A stretch of DNA of 64,000 bases from an uncultured Armatimonadetes bacterium (GTDB taxonomy: Bacteria; Armatimonadota; Hebobacteria; Hebobacterales; Hebobacteraceae), in assembly GCA_963716175.1 (NCBI GenBank), contig OY970296.1:3904001-3968000 (forward strand), read 5' to 3'. This document shows positions 61,215-64,000 of the stretch, piece by piece (position 1 is the stretch's first letter; the number at the start of each line of letters is the position of its first letter). Both the position numbers and the translations under genes were made by a program. Under the pieces are notes generated by a model. That model was not told the DNA's origin. It saw only the letters and a program-made list of their open reading frames with translations, and made no database searches.

Positions 61215-61275
61215 GGCGGGGCGAGGTCCGTAGGGAAGCCCCTCTGCGGGCTCCCCTGACAGACCCCTCAGGCAC

Positions 61276-64000
<2,725 letters not shown>

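Overview
High-GC bacterial chromosomal window, almost entirely protein-coding. I found no rRNA, tRNA, CRISPR array or transposase. The SLH/OMP + LptD-like pair, the DUF3084 + YqgF-like pair, SpoIID and the Firmicutes-like efp-accBC-nusB-xseAB-dxs block suggest a diderm Terrabacteria lineage such as Armatimonadota (inference). Contents in order: secreted S8 protease (truncated by the window); DSD1/D-TA + RidA; spermidine-synthase-like membrane protein and ankyrin protein; GAF histidine kinase; a molybdo-flavoenzyme operon with two tandem Mo subunits plus MocA and XdhC; SpoIID, GNATs and an M48 protease; the housekeeping block with two extra genes inserted; FHA + MraY-TPR-phosphotransferase fusion; a minus-strand run HEAT-STAND ATPase / STAND-HD-GYP / TPR / nfeD / SPFH; OM-biogenesis genes with a TPR-ImpE-like protein; sulfatase-like/GT-C pair; pcrA; ligA (truncated). 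About seven inferred 1-2 bp deletions in homopolymers or (CG)n tracts look like long-read errors; they split some ORFs and falsely fuse others. Best novelty candidates: (1) translationally coupled pair of STAND ATPases, one with HEAT repeats and one with an HD-GYP effector; (2) FHA + MraY fused to TPR and an AmgK/APH-like domain with a degenerate catalytic motif; (3) GTAG-type REP/REPIN elements inserted in frame inside proteins; (4) a small hairpin family with a conserved GAAGTA loop.
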